The notes under the pieces: model-generated | Databases searched by the model: none | The model's input: only the letters and a program-made list of their open reading frames with translations | What the model was told of the DNA's origin: nothing | Assembly (NCBI GenBank): GCA_963700635.1 | Contig: CAVOYH010000003.1 | Span: forward strand, 192,001-256,000 | From: an uncultured Bacteroidota bacterium | GTDB lineage: Bacteria; Bacteroidota; Ignavibacteria; UBA10030; UBA6906 | DNA: 64,000 nt | Direction of reading: 5' to 3' | In this document: one piece after another, positions 47,604-58,258 of the stretch | How positions within the stretch are numbered: position 1 is the stretch's first letter | Layout of the letters: each line of letters starts with the position of its first letter | Program-made: the position numbers and the translations under genes

Positions 47604-48965
47604 TCAATTGGACATCATCGTGATCAGCTGTTCAATACTCGGGTGGAACTCCTCCCGTTCGTCCGACGCCTGCCGGAGGAACGTGCGGATCCGTTCCCAG
47701 TTCCGCAACGCTTCATCAATGCGCGGGTTACTTCCTTTGACATACGCCCCGATGTTAATCAGATCTTCGGCCTCGCGGTAGGTGGCCATCATATCCATCA
47801 GACGATGGGCCGCTTTCCGATGCTGCTCCGTTGTCACTGCGGGCATAACACGGCTGATACTCTCCAGCACATCCACGGCAGGGTAGTGGCCCGCTGACGC
47901 AAGTCTGCGCGACAGCACGATATGCCCGTCAAGAATGGAACGCACCGCGTCTGCAACCGGATCCGTCATGTCGTCTCCCTCCACGAGGACGGTATACATG
48001 CCGGTAATGCTGCCGCGGCGTGACGTACCGGCCCGTTCAAGCAGTTTTGGAAGCATCGCGAACACTGACGGCGTATATCCTTTTGTTGTCGGCGGTTCTC
48101 CGATGGCCAGACCAATTTCCCGCTGGGCCATGGCAAGACGTGTCACTGAATCCATCAGCAGCATCACGTTCATCCCGCGGTCGCGGAAGTATTCGGCTAT
48201 TGTGGTCGCCAGGAATGCAGCTTTCAGCCGGATGAGCGCCGCCTGATCGCTTGTCGCAACCACGACCACCGAGCGGCGCAGTCCTTCGGCGCCGAGTTCG
48301 CGGTCAAGAAATTCCGCCACCTCGCGTCCGCGTTCCCCGACCAGCGCGATCACATTCACATCTGCGCTTGTATGCCGGGCGATCATACCGAGCGTCACAC
48401 TCTTCCCGACGCCGCTGCCGGCAAAAATGCCCACCCGTTGGCCGACGCCACACGTCAGGAGGGTGTCAATGGACCGGATCCCGGTCACGATCGGCGTGCT
48501 GATACGCTGCCGTTCAAGCGGATTGGGCGGGGCGCTGTAAATGGAACGCACTTCCCGCGTTGCAAGCGGTCCTTTTCCGTCAATGGGTTGTCCGAGACCA
48601 TCCAGGACGCGGCCGAGCAATTCTTCGCCGACATGCGCGGAAAGGACCCGATCGGTCGCCACAATTTCGCTGCCGGGGCCAATGCGCGCCGCATCACCCA
48701 GAATCATCGACAACACCCGGTTGTCCCGGAACCCGACTACCTCGGAGCGGCATACATCCTGGCCGTCCTTCGACTTGATCACGCACACATCACCGAGCGC
48801 GCAGTTTGGTCCGGTGGATTCAATCACCAGACCGATTACCTGTTTTACGCTGCCGTTCACTTTGAACAGGTCCAGATGACGGAGACGGTTGAGATAGTCC
48901 CCCCGCGGGGCACACAGGCCGTCTTCGGGTACAGGGGAAGCGCCGGACATTGCGGGCGAGATCAT
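47604..48965 (-). CDS. fliI: Flagellar export ATPase FliI
   Basis: GIFAGSGVGKS, GERGREV, MDSVTR, GEPPTTKGYTPS, LDGHIVLSR. Confidence 0.97.
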   Translation of the reverse strand: MISPAMSGASPVPEDGLCAPRGDYLNRLRHLDLFKVNGSVKQVIGLVIESTGPNCALGDVCVIKSKDGQDVCRSEVVGFRDNRVLSMILGDAARIGPGSEIVATDRVLSAHVGEELLGRVLDGLGQPIDGKGPLATREVRSIYSAPPNPLERQRISTPIVTGIRSIDTLLTCGVGQRVGIFAGSGVGKSVTLGMIARHTSADVNVIALVGERGREVAEFLDRELGAEGLRRSVVVVATSDQAALIRLKAAFLATTIAEYFRDRGMNVMLLMDSVTRLAMAQREIGLAIGEPPTTKGYTPSVFAMLPKLLERAGTSRRGSITGMYTVLVEGDDMTDPVADAVRSILDGHIVLSRRLASAGHYPAVDVLESISRVMPAVTTEQHRKAAHRLMDMMATYREAEDLINIGAYVKGSNPRIDEALRNWERIRTFLRQASDEREEFHPSIEQLITMMSN

Positions 48966-49726
48966 GACGTACGCTCCTGGGGCACCGCGTCGTGCACAAA
49001 TAATGCGCTGTCAATCTGACGGAGTTGTGTGGTTATACGGGCATCCACATTTCCGGATGAGCTTACGATGATACACCCACCGCGCTCAATGGTATCATCG
49101 GATTCGATCGCGACTTCGCGAACTGTGTCAGCCGACGCAAGGAGTGCGGCCCGGTGAGAACGGATAAGAACTTCGTCTTCGGGGTGAATGCGGAGTGTGA
49201 TGGTTTCCACCCCGACGATGCGGCGTATGGCCTCGTGGACCTGGCGGACCACAACTTCATCATCACGTGCGATTTCACGCTTGATGATCCGCCCGGCGAC
49301 CGCCAGCGAGAACTGGTAGGCATCCTGCTCCAGGGATGCTGTAAACACGCGCACCTGGCGCGCAATTCCTTCCATCAGCGCTCCGATACGGTCATCCGCC
49401 TCCGACCGGGCAAGGGCTAGCCTGCGTTGAATGTCCTGTTCAGCTTCCGCACGCCCCTGGGCGCGTCCCTTTTCATAGGCACGCTGCACGCGCTCTGACA
49501 GTGTACTTTCGTCACCCGTGCGAAATTCTGCCCCCTGCCCGAGACCGGCACCTGACATGGGGTCAGACAGGCAGTTGGCTGACGGCTCCTGGTCTGCCGC
49601 CCGATTCGGCACAATCACAGGGGGAGCGTCAACGCGGACCAGCCGCAGCCGCTTTCCTTGTTGTTTGTGTAACCTCACAACGTTAGACAAAGACCTCCTC
49701 CGAGCCTCCGCGACCGGCGACGACAA
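48962..49726 (-). CDS. fliH: FliH
   Basis: AYEKGRAQG GxxxG-type repeat, IHPED, GGCII...GNVDA. Confidence 0.88.
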   Translation of the reverse strand: MSSPVAEARRRSLSNVVRLHKQQGKRLRLVRVDAPPVIVPNRAADQEPSANCLSDPMSGAGLGQGAEFRTGDESTLSERVQRAYEKGRAQGRAEAEQDIQRRLALARSEADDRIGALMEGIARQVRVFTASLEQDAYQFSLAVAGRIIKREIARDDEVVVRQVHEAIRRIVGVETITLRIHPEDEVLIRSHRAALLASADTVREVAIESDDTIERGGCIIVSSSGNVDARITTQLRQIDSALFVHDAVPQERTS

Positions 49727-50705
49727 TATCGCCCTGGTCTTCGAGCTGCTTCACGATTTCCACAATACGTGTCTGGGCCCCCTCCACTTCCTTGAGTCGG
49801 ACCGGCCCCATATACTGCAGCTCTTCCTTGAGCAGCTCCTGTGCCCGCTCGGACATATTGCGGAACACTTTATCCTTCAATTTCTCATCGACAACTTTGA
49901 GCGCTATCGCGAGCTCGCGCTTGTCCACTTCGCGCAGAATCCGCTGGATACCACGATCATCAACATACAGGAGATCTTCGAACATGAACATCAGCCGTTT
50001 GATCTCACCGGACAGCTGGCTATCGGTCTGTTCAATATGTTCCAGGATCATCTTTGCATTGATGTTATTACACTTGTTCAGCACGGCAGCCATCGCCTTT
50101 GCGCCGCCCATGGAGCTCATACTCTGACTGATTTCTGTTCGCGCAATATCTTCAACAACATCTTCCACTTCTGAGAGGAGCGCGGGCGAGACTTTGCCGA
50201 GCGTCGCCATCCGGTAGCTGACGTTGTTCCGGAGTTCGTCAGAAAATTCCGCCAGCACCTGGGCCGTCTGGTCCGGACTCAAATTCGTGAGAATCAACGC
50301 GATAGTCTGGGGATGTTCCTTTCCAAGGAAGCCTGCCAGCTGCTGCGCATCCGCTTTCTTGAGGATCCCGAAGCCTTTCACATGAGTCATTGCTCGCACT
50401 TTTTCCAGAACGTCCGTCGCCTTTGAGAAGCCCACCGAATGTTCCAGGAGTTTCTGCGCGTAGTCCATTCCCCCCTGGATCACATACTCCTGTGCCGTAA
50501 TCATATGATGGAATTCTTCTGTCACAGCATCAGCAACCGTCGAGGAGATCCCCCTCACATTGGAAATCTCAATCGTCAGCAGTTCGACCTCTTCCTGGCT
50601 CAGTTGACGCATCATCTGAGTGGCCGTCTCGACATCCAGCGACAGGATCAACATTGCGGCTTTCTGCCGCGCGGTCAGACGTTGGGTATTCACCGGTTGT
50701 GACAT
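49683..50705 (-). CDS. fliG: Rotor protein FliG
   Basis: QKAA, GGMDYA, EHPQTIALIL, MFMFEDL, NMSERA, GPVRLKEVE. Confidence 0.97.
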   Translation of the reverse strand: MSQPVNTQRLTARQKAAMLILSLDVETATQMMRQLSQEEVELLTIEISNVRGISSTVADAVTEEFHHMITAQEYVIQGGMDYAQKLLEHSVGFSKATDVLEKVRAMTHVKGFGILKKADAQQLAGFLGKEHPQTIALILTNLSPDQTAQVLAEFSDELRNNVSYRMATLGKVSPALLSEVEDVVEDIARTEISQSMSSMGGAKAMAAVLNKCNNINAKMILEHIEQTDSQLSGEIKRLMFMFEDLLYVDDRGIQRILREVDKRELAIALKVVDEKLKDKVFRNMSERAQELLKEELQYMGPVRLKEVEGAQTRIVEIVKQLEDQGDIVVAGRGGSEEVFV

Positions 50706-50715
50706 GGGATACCTG

Positions 50716-52260
50716 TTACTCCTCTGCTAGCCATACTTTTAACAGCCGTGAGCTTTCCGCGGGTTTTTCGTGCACGTACTGGATCAACCGCTTCCTCCGC
50801 TCGGCGCGCAAGAGCGCTTCGTCGGTCATCTCGTCTTCGGCGGGCGGTAATTCCATTGCCTGCCTTCTTTGCCGTAACCGGCCGGAAAGATCACCGTACT
50901 CGGATTCCACCGTGGTAATATCGATTCCCTTCCTCAGACGATTGAGCAGCGACCGCAACACCACAACCGCCCCGACCATGGCCAGGACAAGGAATATTTC
51001 TTCCAGGTAATCCGTCCAGTCTGAGAGAGGCGACGATTTGTACACAAACTCCTGCTCCGGAACATTCTGCCCGAAGGTGAGATTCGTTACTGATACCTCG
51101 TCATTCCTCAGTGCATCGTACCCTACCGCCTTACGCACAAGGTCTGTCAGTTGACGCATTTCCTCTTCGGAACGCGGAAGGATCTCGGTGACCTGTTGTC
51201 CTTCGCGCGTGACGCTCTTCGGAATACCATTCACGAGGGCGGCTACCGTAAGGCGACGGATCGTTCCCATATCCTCCACGATATGCTCAACCGTTTTGTT
51301 GATTTCGTAGTTGGTGACCGTGCTGGCGCGGGTGGAAGGAGGAACCGAATCGCCCGTTGAAGTTTTTTCCTCGTTGATCTGTTCGCTGCGAATTGCGGTC
51401 TTCTCCGGATCATACTGCTCCAGCGTCCGTTCTACCTGCCGGAAATCCAGGTTGGCGTTCACCTGCACCAGCGCATTGCCGGCGCCGACGACGCTTTCCA
51501 GCAGTTGCTGCGCCTTCTGACCCAGGTACGTTTCGACTTTCTGCTGCAACTCGTGCTGTGAAGACGTAAGCGCGGCGATGGAGTTGGATTTCTGGGCGTC
51601 GGAGAGCAGTTGTCCCTTGGAGTCCACGATGGTCACATTACCAGCTTCCATCCCTTCGATACTGCTCGACACCAGATGAGCGATACCCTGAACGGTTTCC
51701 CGGCGCAGGGGCTTTCCCGATCGCAGTTTCAGCACAACCGAGGCCGTTGCCGGTTTTTCATCTTCCTTAAACAGGACTCTCTCCGGGACCACGAGATGGA
51801 CTCTCGCCCCCTCGACCTCCTCGAGCGTGAGAATGGTCCGGGCAAGCTCGCCTTCCAGCGCGCGTCGGTAGTTCACTTTCTGCACAAAATCCGAAATCCC
51901 GAGATTGGTCCGGTCGAAGATTTCATAGCCAATGACGCTCGATTGCGGGAGTCCCTCACCGGCCAGTGCCAGGCGCAGCTCATAGACCTTCTGCTTAGGC
52001 ACAAGGATCGTTTTTCCCCCGTTTTCAAGAAGATACGGGGTGTCTTTCTCCTTGAGCTTATCCACTATCTTGGAGGCATCCTCAGGATTGAGGTTGGTGA
52101 ACAGGGTTGCATAACTGGGAGCATTGACCACGAAAACCAGCGCGACAATTCCAGCAATGGCACCAAATGTTATTACACCTATCAACAGTTTCTGCGTGCC
52201 GGTGAGTCTGGAGAAAACGGTCGCAAATTGTTGTTGAACAGTTGATCCGGTCGCTGCCAT
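50716..52260 (-). CDS. fliF: MS-ring protein FliF
   Basis: GYEIFD, RALEGELARTI, ARVHL, ASVVL, NYEI; two TMs. Confidence 0.96.
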   Translation of the reverse strand: MAATGSTVQQQFATVFSRLTGTQKLLIGVITFGAIAGIVALVFVVNAPSYATLFTNLNPEDASKIVDKLKEKDTPYLLENGGKTILVPKQKVYELRLALAGEGLPQSSVIGYEIFDRTNLGISDFVQKVNYRRALEGELARTILTLEEVEGARVHLVVPERVLFKEDEKPATASVVLKLRSGKPLRRETVQGIAHLVSSSIEGMEAGNVTIVDSKGQLLSDAQKSNSIAALTSSQHELQQKVETYLGQKAQQLLESVVGAGNALVQVNANLDFRQVERTLEQYDPEKTAIRSEQINEEKTSTGDSVPPSTRASTVTNYEINKTVEHIVEDMGTIRRLTVAALVNGIPKSVTREGQQVTEILPRSEEEMRQLTDLVRKAVGYDALRNDEVSVTNLTFGQNVPEQEFVYKSSPLSDWTDYLEEIFLVLAMVGAVVVLRSLLNRLRKGIDITTVESEYGDLSGRLRQRRQAMELPPAEDEMTDEALLRAERRKRLIQYVHEKPAESSRLLKVWLAEE

Positions 52261-52263
52261 GGA

Positions 52264-52572
52264 TTACACCTGCATTCTCATGATTTCACGGTAAGCTTCG
52301 ATGGTCTTGTTGCGTATCTCCATGAGGAGATCAAAACTTGTTTTTGCCTTCTCGACGGCTATCATCACCTCATGGAGATCAACAGCTTCACCCACAACCA
52401 TCCTCTCCACCGCCTTGCCCGCTTCCGCCTGGAGACTGTTGACATCGGTGATTGCACGTTGAAGTGTATCGCCAAACGATGCGTTTGTTTCTTTGAGCGT
52501 TTTGTCGATGAGGCCGTTCTTGTTGACCTGACCGACGTTTGGCATGAGGGTCAGCGCTTGCCCGATTTTCAT
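52264..52572 (-). CDS. fliE: FliE
   Basis: DLHEVMIAVEKA...EIRNK.IEAYREIMRMQV. Confidence 0.95.
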   Translation of the reverse strand: MKIGQALTLMPNVGQVNKNGLIDKTLKETNASFGDTLQRAITDVNSLQAEAGKAVERMVVGEAVDLHEVMIAVEKAKTSFDLLMEIRNKTIEAYREIMRMQV

Positions 52573-52575
52573 CTC

Positions 52576-52851
52576 CTACACCCTCCGATCGACTATCGTG
52601 CCCGATCGCATCTGTGAACGTGCTCCCCCGTCCGTATACGCCGGCCGTCCCCTGCTGTCAGTCTGGGGATCAGGAAACAGATTTTCGAAATACCGTTGTT
52701 CCTCGACACTCAGAACCGGATGCCGTTGCGGACCCACAGACTTTTCTTCGCGCAACGGGGCGGGTTCTTCTGGAATACCAGCGTTCCGACGCTGGTTCTG
52801 GGCAGGCGCTCCGGTGGTCAGGGGCGGGGTATAAATTGCGCGCACGTCCAT
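52576..52851 (-). CDS. Small hypothetical protein between flgC and fliE
   Basis: Fills the gap with tight spacing at both ends; LSVEEQRYFENLFP...Y...G...GTIVDRRV. Confidence 0.65.
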   Translation of the reverse strand: MDVRAIYTPPLTTGAPAQNQRRNAGIPEEPAPLREEKSVGPQRHPVLSVEEQRYFENLFPDPQTDSRGRPAYTDGGARSQMRSGTIVDRRV

Positions 52852-52853
52852 AA

Positions 52854-53351
52854 TCAAATCTCCAGTGAGTCTTTCGCCATATTCTTGGCGGCATTCACGG
52901 CAACAACATTGGCTTCAAAGGCCCGTGAAGCCGAGATCATATTCACCATTTCGGTCACGATGTTGATGTTCGGCATTGCGACGTATCCGTTTGCATCTGC
53001 ATCCGGGTTTCCGGGATCATACACCATTCGCGGGGGAGTGGTGTCTTCCGTTTCCGTGGCATCTACCACCGCCATTGTCGCCGGATCACTGCCCCATGCC
53101 GGGGCGGCGCCTCTGAGATGTCCTGCCTGCGTCGTTGCCAGAGGAGGAGACGACTGGCGCAACATGCCGGCGAACAATTGTGCTCCTTTTGCCTTGAGCT
53201 GCACAATCTTACGCATGTACGGCCCGCCCTTTTCGGTCCTGGTCGTGTCAGCATTCGCAAGGTTCTCAGCGATGGCATTCATGCGACGTCGTTGCGCGCC
53301 CAGACCGGCGGAGCTGATGTTCATGCCGCCAAACACCTGATCAAGTTTCAT
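52854..53351 (-). CDS. flgC: Rod protein FlgC
   Basis: NLANADTTRT, GPY.RK, YDPGNPDADANGYVAMPN, SASRAFEAN. Confidence 0.96.
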   Translation of the reverse strand: MKLDQVFGGMNISSAGLGAQRRRMNAIAENLANADTTRTEKGGPYMRKIVQLKAKGAQLFAGMLRQSSPPLATTQAGHLRGAAPAWGSDPATMAVVDATETEDTTPPRMVYDPGNPDADANGYVAMPNINIVTEMVNMISASRAFEANVVAVNAAKNMAKDSLEI

Positions 53352-53773
53352 TGGGTACCCCGAATACTTTTTTGAAGGCCGCGGAAGGTGTCGGATAAGA
53401 GCCGTGCAGAGAACTTGAAGCGGATCTGGTTTTTAGCGAGTTCCGCCATTTCCTGATCCAGGTCCACATTGTTCAACCCGCTCGCCATCGGATCTCCGCG
53501 AAGGTTCATGGCTGCGCCGGGCTGTTGGACTGCTGGCTGGACTGTCGCAATGGGGTTTTGTCCGATGGGCATGTGATGCTTGTTCGTCACAGATCCCGAG
53601 AGACCTGCGTTTCCCAACGCGCCGGAAAGTTGTTCTTCGAACGTAACAGCCTTTGCCTGGTACCCGGGGGTCGTGATATTCGCCAGGTTCGTGGCAATGG
53701 CTTTGTGGCGGAGAGTGTACGCATCAAGTGCCCTGCCGAGGACAGGAATTTTCGTCGCATCAAAGAGTTTCAC
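53348..53773 (-). CDS. flgB: Rod protein FlgB
   Basis: NLANITTPGY, NNVDLDQEM; GTG start. Confidence 0.95.
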   Translation of the reverse strand: MKLFDATKIPVLGRALDAYTLRHKAIATNLANITTPGYQAKAVTFEEQLSGALGNAGLSGSVTNKHHMPIGQNPIATVQPAVQQPGAAMNLRGDPMASGLNNVDLDQEMAELAKNQIRFKFSARLLSDTFRGLQKSIRGTQ

Positions 53774-53962
53774 AAGTTTCCCACACGGAGTAGTATGCCG
53801 CCATTTCGCTTTTCGGTCGTTACACGCGTCCTGCGCTCCACTGTTCCGGCCCTTACCTCCGTGTTCGGCCTTCCAGCTCGGGCACCTCCATCACGCCAGA
53901 TCATCCCGGGGAGTGGATCCTGCACACTCCGGGATACCCCTTCTGGAGGGGAACCACCGGCC

Positions 53963-54136
53963 TCAGACTCCAAGCCCTTCTTCCCAGCCGTCGTAGTGAT
54001 CCTGCAGTTTCTGTACAGGAAGGCTCTTCTTATTAGATACCATTGCGTAGGCCGCTACGATCGTAGCAAAGACTCCGGCAAGAAAGGCGATACTGCCAAC
54101 ACCCAGGCTGAGTCCGTTGGTTTGATTGGTGATCAT
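53963..54136 (-). CDS. 57-aa single-TM small protein, first gene downstream of the predicted flgB-operon promoter
   Basis: MITNQTNGLSLGVGSIAFLAGVFATIVAAYAMV...; GAGG upstream of the ATG. Confidence 0.55.
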   Translation of the reverse strand: MITNQTNGLSLGVGSIAFLAGVFATIVAAYAMVSNKKSLPVQKLQDHYDGWEEGLGV

Positions 54137-54184
54137 GGTAAAACCTCTTGGTGTTAGATTTCGTGCGTAGCTCTCTTCCCGTAT

Positions 54185-54297
54185 ATCAAGAGCGGTGCCA
54201 ACCTCTTTACCGGCAATTAGAGCCCCGCTTGGTGGAACTCCACCAGTGTCGCCAAATGAGACCGGGTGAAGGTGGCCAATAATGGCCAGGTGTTGGC
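54185..54297 (-). promoter_or_regulatory. Sigma54-type promoter plus palindromic upstream box for the flgB operon
   Basis: TGGCACC-GCTC-TTGAT (54200-54185) and GGCCAATAATGGCC (54274-54287). Confidence 0.65.
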
Positions 54298-54560
54298 TAT
54301 TCCTCGTCATATTCAAAGCGTAAGCTCGTAGAACGCCCACATTTACACACAAAATCAATGGAAACCAGATTATCCCCGTCCCGATGCACGAAGACCTCGG
54401 GCTGATCAGGGTCCTGCTCGGCCCGATGAACCTCTTCGGTTCCCCGGTGAACAATGTGCATCCCCTTGATAATGTTGGCCTGGGGTTGCACGTTGGGCAT
54501 TGCCAGTTTCCTGTACTCTGAGAGATCCGTAAATCCTTCCTGGTTCTTTGCACTGTCCAT
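54297..54560 (-). CDS. Small hypothetical protein with C-terminal CxCG motif
   Basis: 87 aa starting 5 bp after the upstream stop; PEVFVHRDGDNLVSIDFVCKCGRSTSLRFEY. Confidence 0.65.
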   Translation of the reverse strand: MDSAKNQEGFTDLSEYRKLAMPNVQPQANIIKGMHIVHRGTEEVHRAEQDPDQPEVFVHRDGDNLVSIDFVCKCGRSTSLRFEYDEE

Positions 54561-54565
54561 CGGAA

Positions 54566-55228
54566 CTACCGCTCCTTTTTACCATCTGTCCATATCATGA
54601 TGAGGTCCACCCTGAGTCCGCCCCGCCGCGTGCTTCTGGTTATTTCTCCCCCGAGGAAATACGCTTTCCCCTTCAGGGCGGCAAGCTGTGGCTGGACAAT
54701 GGAAGCATAGCAGTCCGGGCATATCCCGTGGGAAAACTGCGCAACAGACCGCTTCGTGATGTAACTTTCCACTGGTTCCCAGCGGCTCTCTCCTGCCCGA
54801 ATCTGCTTGCACTTCGGACAGATGGGGAGCAATCCCTCCAGTTGCCGGACTTCACGCTGGAGGTGAACGACGCGTTCTGCCACGCGCAACCGCAGATTCA
54901 ACTCGATCATGTCCGCTGGTTTGGTTACAAAGTCATCGGCCCCTGCATTCATCCCCTCCGTGTATCCGGTTTTTCTGTCCAGGGCTGTGAGAATAATGAC
55001 ATAGGTGTAGTCAGGATGCCCCACTTCACGGATTTTCCTGCACAACGATGGCCCGTCCATACGCGGCATCATCCAATCCGTAATAACGACAGGAGGATGG
55101 AGTTCATGGAATCGTTGATACCCCTCATCTCCGTCTTCCGCTTCTGTCACGTCATGTCCGAGTTTGACGAGTTGTGCCGCAAGAACCTGTCGGGTGACGG
55201 AGTCATCTTCTACCACAAGGATCTTCAC
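54566..55228 (-). CDS. Response regulator with C-terminal Cys-rich (CxxC...CxxC) domain
   Basis: VVEDD, DWMMP, TKP; [12 protein letters not shown]...W...FSHGICPDC. Confidence 0.88.
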   Translation of the reverse strand: MKILVVEDDSVTRQVLAAQLVKLGHDVTEAEDGDEGYQRFHELHPPVVITDWMMPRMDGPSLCRKIREVGHPDYTYVIILTALDRKTGYTEGMNAGADDFVTKPADMIELNLRLRVAERVVHLQREVRQLEGLLPICPKCKQIRAGESRWEPVESYITKRSVAQFSHGICPDCYASIVQPQLAALKGKAYFLGGEITRSTRRGGLRVDLIMIWTDGKKER

Positions 55229-57414
55229 GTACGATTCTCACAGGGTAAATAGATTTCGTGCAATTCCTCTTTCACCTTTTGGAATTCTTCTTCCAGCTCG
55301 TGAACCACGGATTCTGTCCCGGCGAGCTTTTTGTCGTGCCCCGCCACCTGAAGGGTCTGACAGAGTGACATCATGACCATGGCGCCGAGATTCCCGCTGA
55401 TACCCTTCAGCGAATGCGCCGAAGCGAAGAACTTGTCGGTATCGCCAATTTCAAGTGCGTGCCAGAGTGATATAATTCGTTCGGGTGCATCCTCCAGGAA
55501 GGACCGGAGAATACGTTCAAACATCCCCTGATCGTGGCGTACGCCCAGGTCACGTAAGTGATCCAGACGGGTATGGTCCAGGCGAACGGGGCGTGTCTGT
55601 TCCACATCAACCGATGGTGGTGCGCAGAGATCGGGCTGCAGCGTGGCCCACTTGCGCAGCTTGGCCGCCAGTTCACCAAGCATCACAGGTTTTGGAAGAA
55701 AATCATCCATGCCTGCTGCCAGGCAACGTTCCTTTTCCCCCTGCAGGACATTGGCCGTCATGGCGATTATTGTCCGGTGTTTCTGGCTTCCCTCTGTCCG
55801 CCGGATGATGCGGGTAGCCTCAAATCCGTCCATCACCGGCATATGACAGTCCATCAGAATGATATCGTACTCTTGCGCGGCGAGAGCCTGGAGGACATCA
55901 TTCCCTTGCGTAACAATATCGGTTTTGCACCCGAGCTTCCCGAGCATGATACTCGCCACGAGGCGGTTTGCCTCGTTGTCTTCTGCCACGAGCACGCGCA
56001 GGCCCTGAAGCCCGCCGGGTTGCACATCGGTATGCTGTTGTGCCGGGGTAGCCGAAAGTGCAGAGGGAACGGCGATACCAAGGACGACCGTGAACCAGAA
56101 TGTGCTCCCTTTTCCGGCAGTACTCTCCACGCCTATCTCTCCACGCATCATCTCGACGAGTTGACGTGAGATTGCAAGGCCGAGCCCCGTTCCGCCATAC
56201 TTGCGCGTTGCGGAGCCATCGACCTGCGAAAAAGACTGAAACAGTGCGCGCTGCTGATCCGCTGAGATGCCTATGCCGGTATCCTGCACGGCACAGCGAA
56301 CCGTCACGGTCTCACCGGACCTGTGCTCCTGCGTAACACGTACGGTAACATCCCCCGCATCAGTAAATTTTACTGCATTCCCGATCAGGTTTGTGAGAAT
56401 TTGGGTCAGCCGTATGGCATCCCCCGAGACTGCGGGAGGAAGCACGGGGTCGATCGCCACATCCAGGGTGAGTCGTTTTTCAGCCGCCCGCTGCAAAAAC
56501 AGGTGTACGGATTGTTCCACAGTCGAACGCAGATCGAAGGGACGTTTTTCGAGAGTCAGTTTACCCGCTTCGATTTTGGAGAAATCCAGGATATCGTTGA
56601 TTACCGTCAGCAAGGCGCTGCTGCTGCCCTGAACGATACCGACGTATTTTCGCTGTTCGGTGTCGAGGGAAGTGTTTTTCAGGAGATCGATAAGCCCGAT
56701 AATACCGTTCAGCGGCGTCCGTATTTCGTGGCTCATATTTGCCAGGAACTGCCGTTTTGCCACATTGGCGACGTTTGCCTGTTCAAGAGCCACCTGCAAT
56801 TCGCGTGTCCGCTCCTGTATTGCCTGTTCCAACGTCATATTGTAGTCCCGGATCTTCCGGTACAAGGAGGCATTCTCCAGCGCGTTTGCGCAGGTGAAAA
56901 GCAGAATAGAAAGCAGGTTCAGCGGAACGTCTGTAATGAGCTGGTCATTGTTCGGAAGCTCTCCGATGAACATTCCGACCACGCGCGACCGTGTTGACAG
57001 GCCGTGCAGCACAACCGAAGTACTGGTTGTCCGGGCCGGCACGACGAGTGCCCGGTTCTGGTTGATTGCCCATGCAAAGGTTCCCCCTTCGATTTGCTGG
57101 TCGATCTCTTCCTGCATACGATCCCGCTCGTTGGGCGGGTCACAGTCGGTCAGCGTCAGGTTGCCATCTTCGGCATCGTCAGTGAGAAACGCCGTCGTCT
57201 TAAAGGGCAGAATCCTGTGCACATTGGTCCTCGTAGCAGTGAGGATGGCCTGTGCATCACGATCAGCGTTAAGGCTGGTCTGAAAATCACCGAGTGATGC
57301 AACAAAGTCGAGCGCATCAAGGACCCGGTGATTCACATCCTCCAGGTGCCGGACTCTGCTTTCCGCCTGCCGGAGATGTTCGATAATATCTGAGAGCTCT
57401 GTCATGTCAGGCAT
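55225..57414 (-). CDS. Hybrid histidine kinase (GAF-like + HisKA + HATPase + REC + Hpt)
   Basis: [41 protein letters not shown]. Confidence 0.93.
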   Translation of the reverse strand: MPDMTELSDIIEHLRQAESRVRHLEDVNHRVLDALDFVASLGDFQTSLNADRDAQAILTATRTNVHRILPFKTTAFLTDDAEDGNLTLTDCDPPNERDRMQEEIDQQIEGGTFAWAINQNRALVVPARTTSTSVVLHGLSTRSRVVGMFIGELPNNDQLITDVPLNLLSILLFTCANALENASLYRKIRDYNMTLEQAIQERTRELQVALEQANVANVAKRQFLANMSHEIRTPLNGIIGLIDLLKNTSLDTEQRKYVGIVQGSSSALLTVINDILDFSKIEAGKLTLEKRPFDLRSTVEQSVHLFLQRAAEKRLTLDVAIDPVLPPAVSGDAIRLTQILTNLIGNAVKFTDAGDVTVRVTQEHRSGETVTVRCAVQDTGIGISADQQRALFQSFSQVDGSATRKYGGTGLGLAISRQLVEMMRGEIGVESTAGKGSTFWFTVVLGIAVPSALSATPAQQHTDVQPGGLQGLRVLVAEDNEANRLVASIMLGKLGCKTDIVTQGNDVLQALAAQEYDIILMDCHMPVMDGFEATRIIRRTEGSQKHRTIIAMTANVLQGEKERCLAAGMDDFLPKPVMLGELAAKLRKWATLQPDLCAPPSVDVEQTRPVRLDHTRLDHLRDLGVRHDQGMFERILRSFLEDAPERIISLWHALEIGDTDKFFASAHSLKGISGNLGAMVMMSLCQTLQVAGHDKKLAGTESVVHELEEEFQKVKEELHEIYLPCENRT

Positions 57415-58258
57415 CCGTCAGCATGGTTTGTAATGCATCCTGATATTGGAGGTCAATTTGATCTTCGACGCTGGAGAGCACGCTCGGCGACAGGTTCAGC
57501 CGATTCCACGCTTCCGGATCCAGGGGCGGCACAAACGTCTCTCCGCTGCTCCCCAGTCCCATCGAATGAACGATGATATCTGCGACGTGCACCATCGCGG
57601 CTTCCACCGGGAAGCGGGTCGCCGCCATGGGGCTGTGGTGGTACATAACAGCCTCCTCAAGACTGGTGGGCAGTTTCCAGGTCTGAAGCAGTACGCCGCC
57701 GACTACGGCATGCGTGAATCCGAGGCGTTCGCGTTCAACTTCATGGAGAATCTGATTTTCGGTCCTTGCCGTTGTCAGAATATCGCGCGACGGCTCCGTC
57801 AGTTTTGTGTACATCACCAGCCGCCCGATGTCGTGTAACATGCCGGCCACAAAAAACCGTTCGGCATTCGATTCCCGGCGATGTGTTCCCAGGAGGCGTG
57901 CCGCCAGGCCACAGGCAATGCTGTGCCGCCAGAAAGAATCCATACTCACAAGATCTTCCGGGAGACCCTTGAACATTTTCATCACCGAGGTCGCGAGAGC
58001 AAGCGCGCTCAGCTGCTGAGTTCCGACGATGGTCACCGCCTGTGAAATGGTCTCGACCTTCGAAGGAAAATTGTAAAAGGCGCTATTCACGATCCGGAGC
58101 AGACGTGCGGTGAGTCCGGGGTCTTCGCGGATGATCTTGGCGATGTCCGACATGGACTTCTTCGGGTTATTGATCGCCTCTTCCAGTCTCAGGTGAATCA
58201 TGGGGAGGGACGAGACTTCGACGTACCCTCGCAACAGGTCGCGCGGCGTGCTATCCAT
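57407..58258 (-). CDS. HDOD domain protein
   Basis: [41 protein letters not shown]. Confidence 0.92.
   Translation of the reverse strand: MDSTPRDLLRGYVEVSSLPMIHLRLEEAINNPKKSMSDIAKIIREDPGLTARLLRIVNSAFYNFPSKVETISQAVTIVGTQQLSALALATSVMKMFKGLPEDLVSMDSFWRHSIACGLAARLLGTHRRESNAERFFVAGMLHDIGRLVMYTKLTEPSRDILTTARTENQILHEVERERLGFTHAVVGGVLLQTWKLPTSLEEAVMYHHSPMAATRFPVEAAMVHVADIIVHSMGLGSSGETFVPPLDPEAWNRLNLSPSVLSSVEDQIDLQYQDALQTMLTDA

Noticed and set aside
53963-54553. 196-aa ORF from the track
   Set aside because: Its 5' part overlaps the CxCG gene out of frame and spans the promoter elements; only the last 57 codons look like a gene.
54566-54665. C-terminal tail of the response regulator as a possible read-through or indel
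   Set aside because: The ORF ends 5 bp before the next gene and there is no independent evidence of a frame error.
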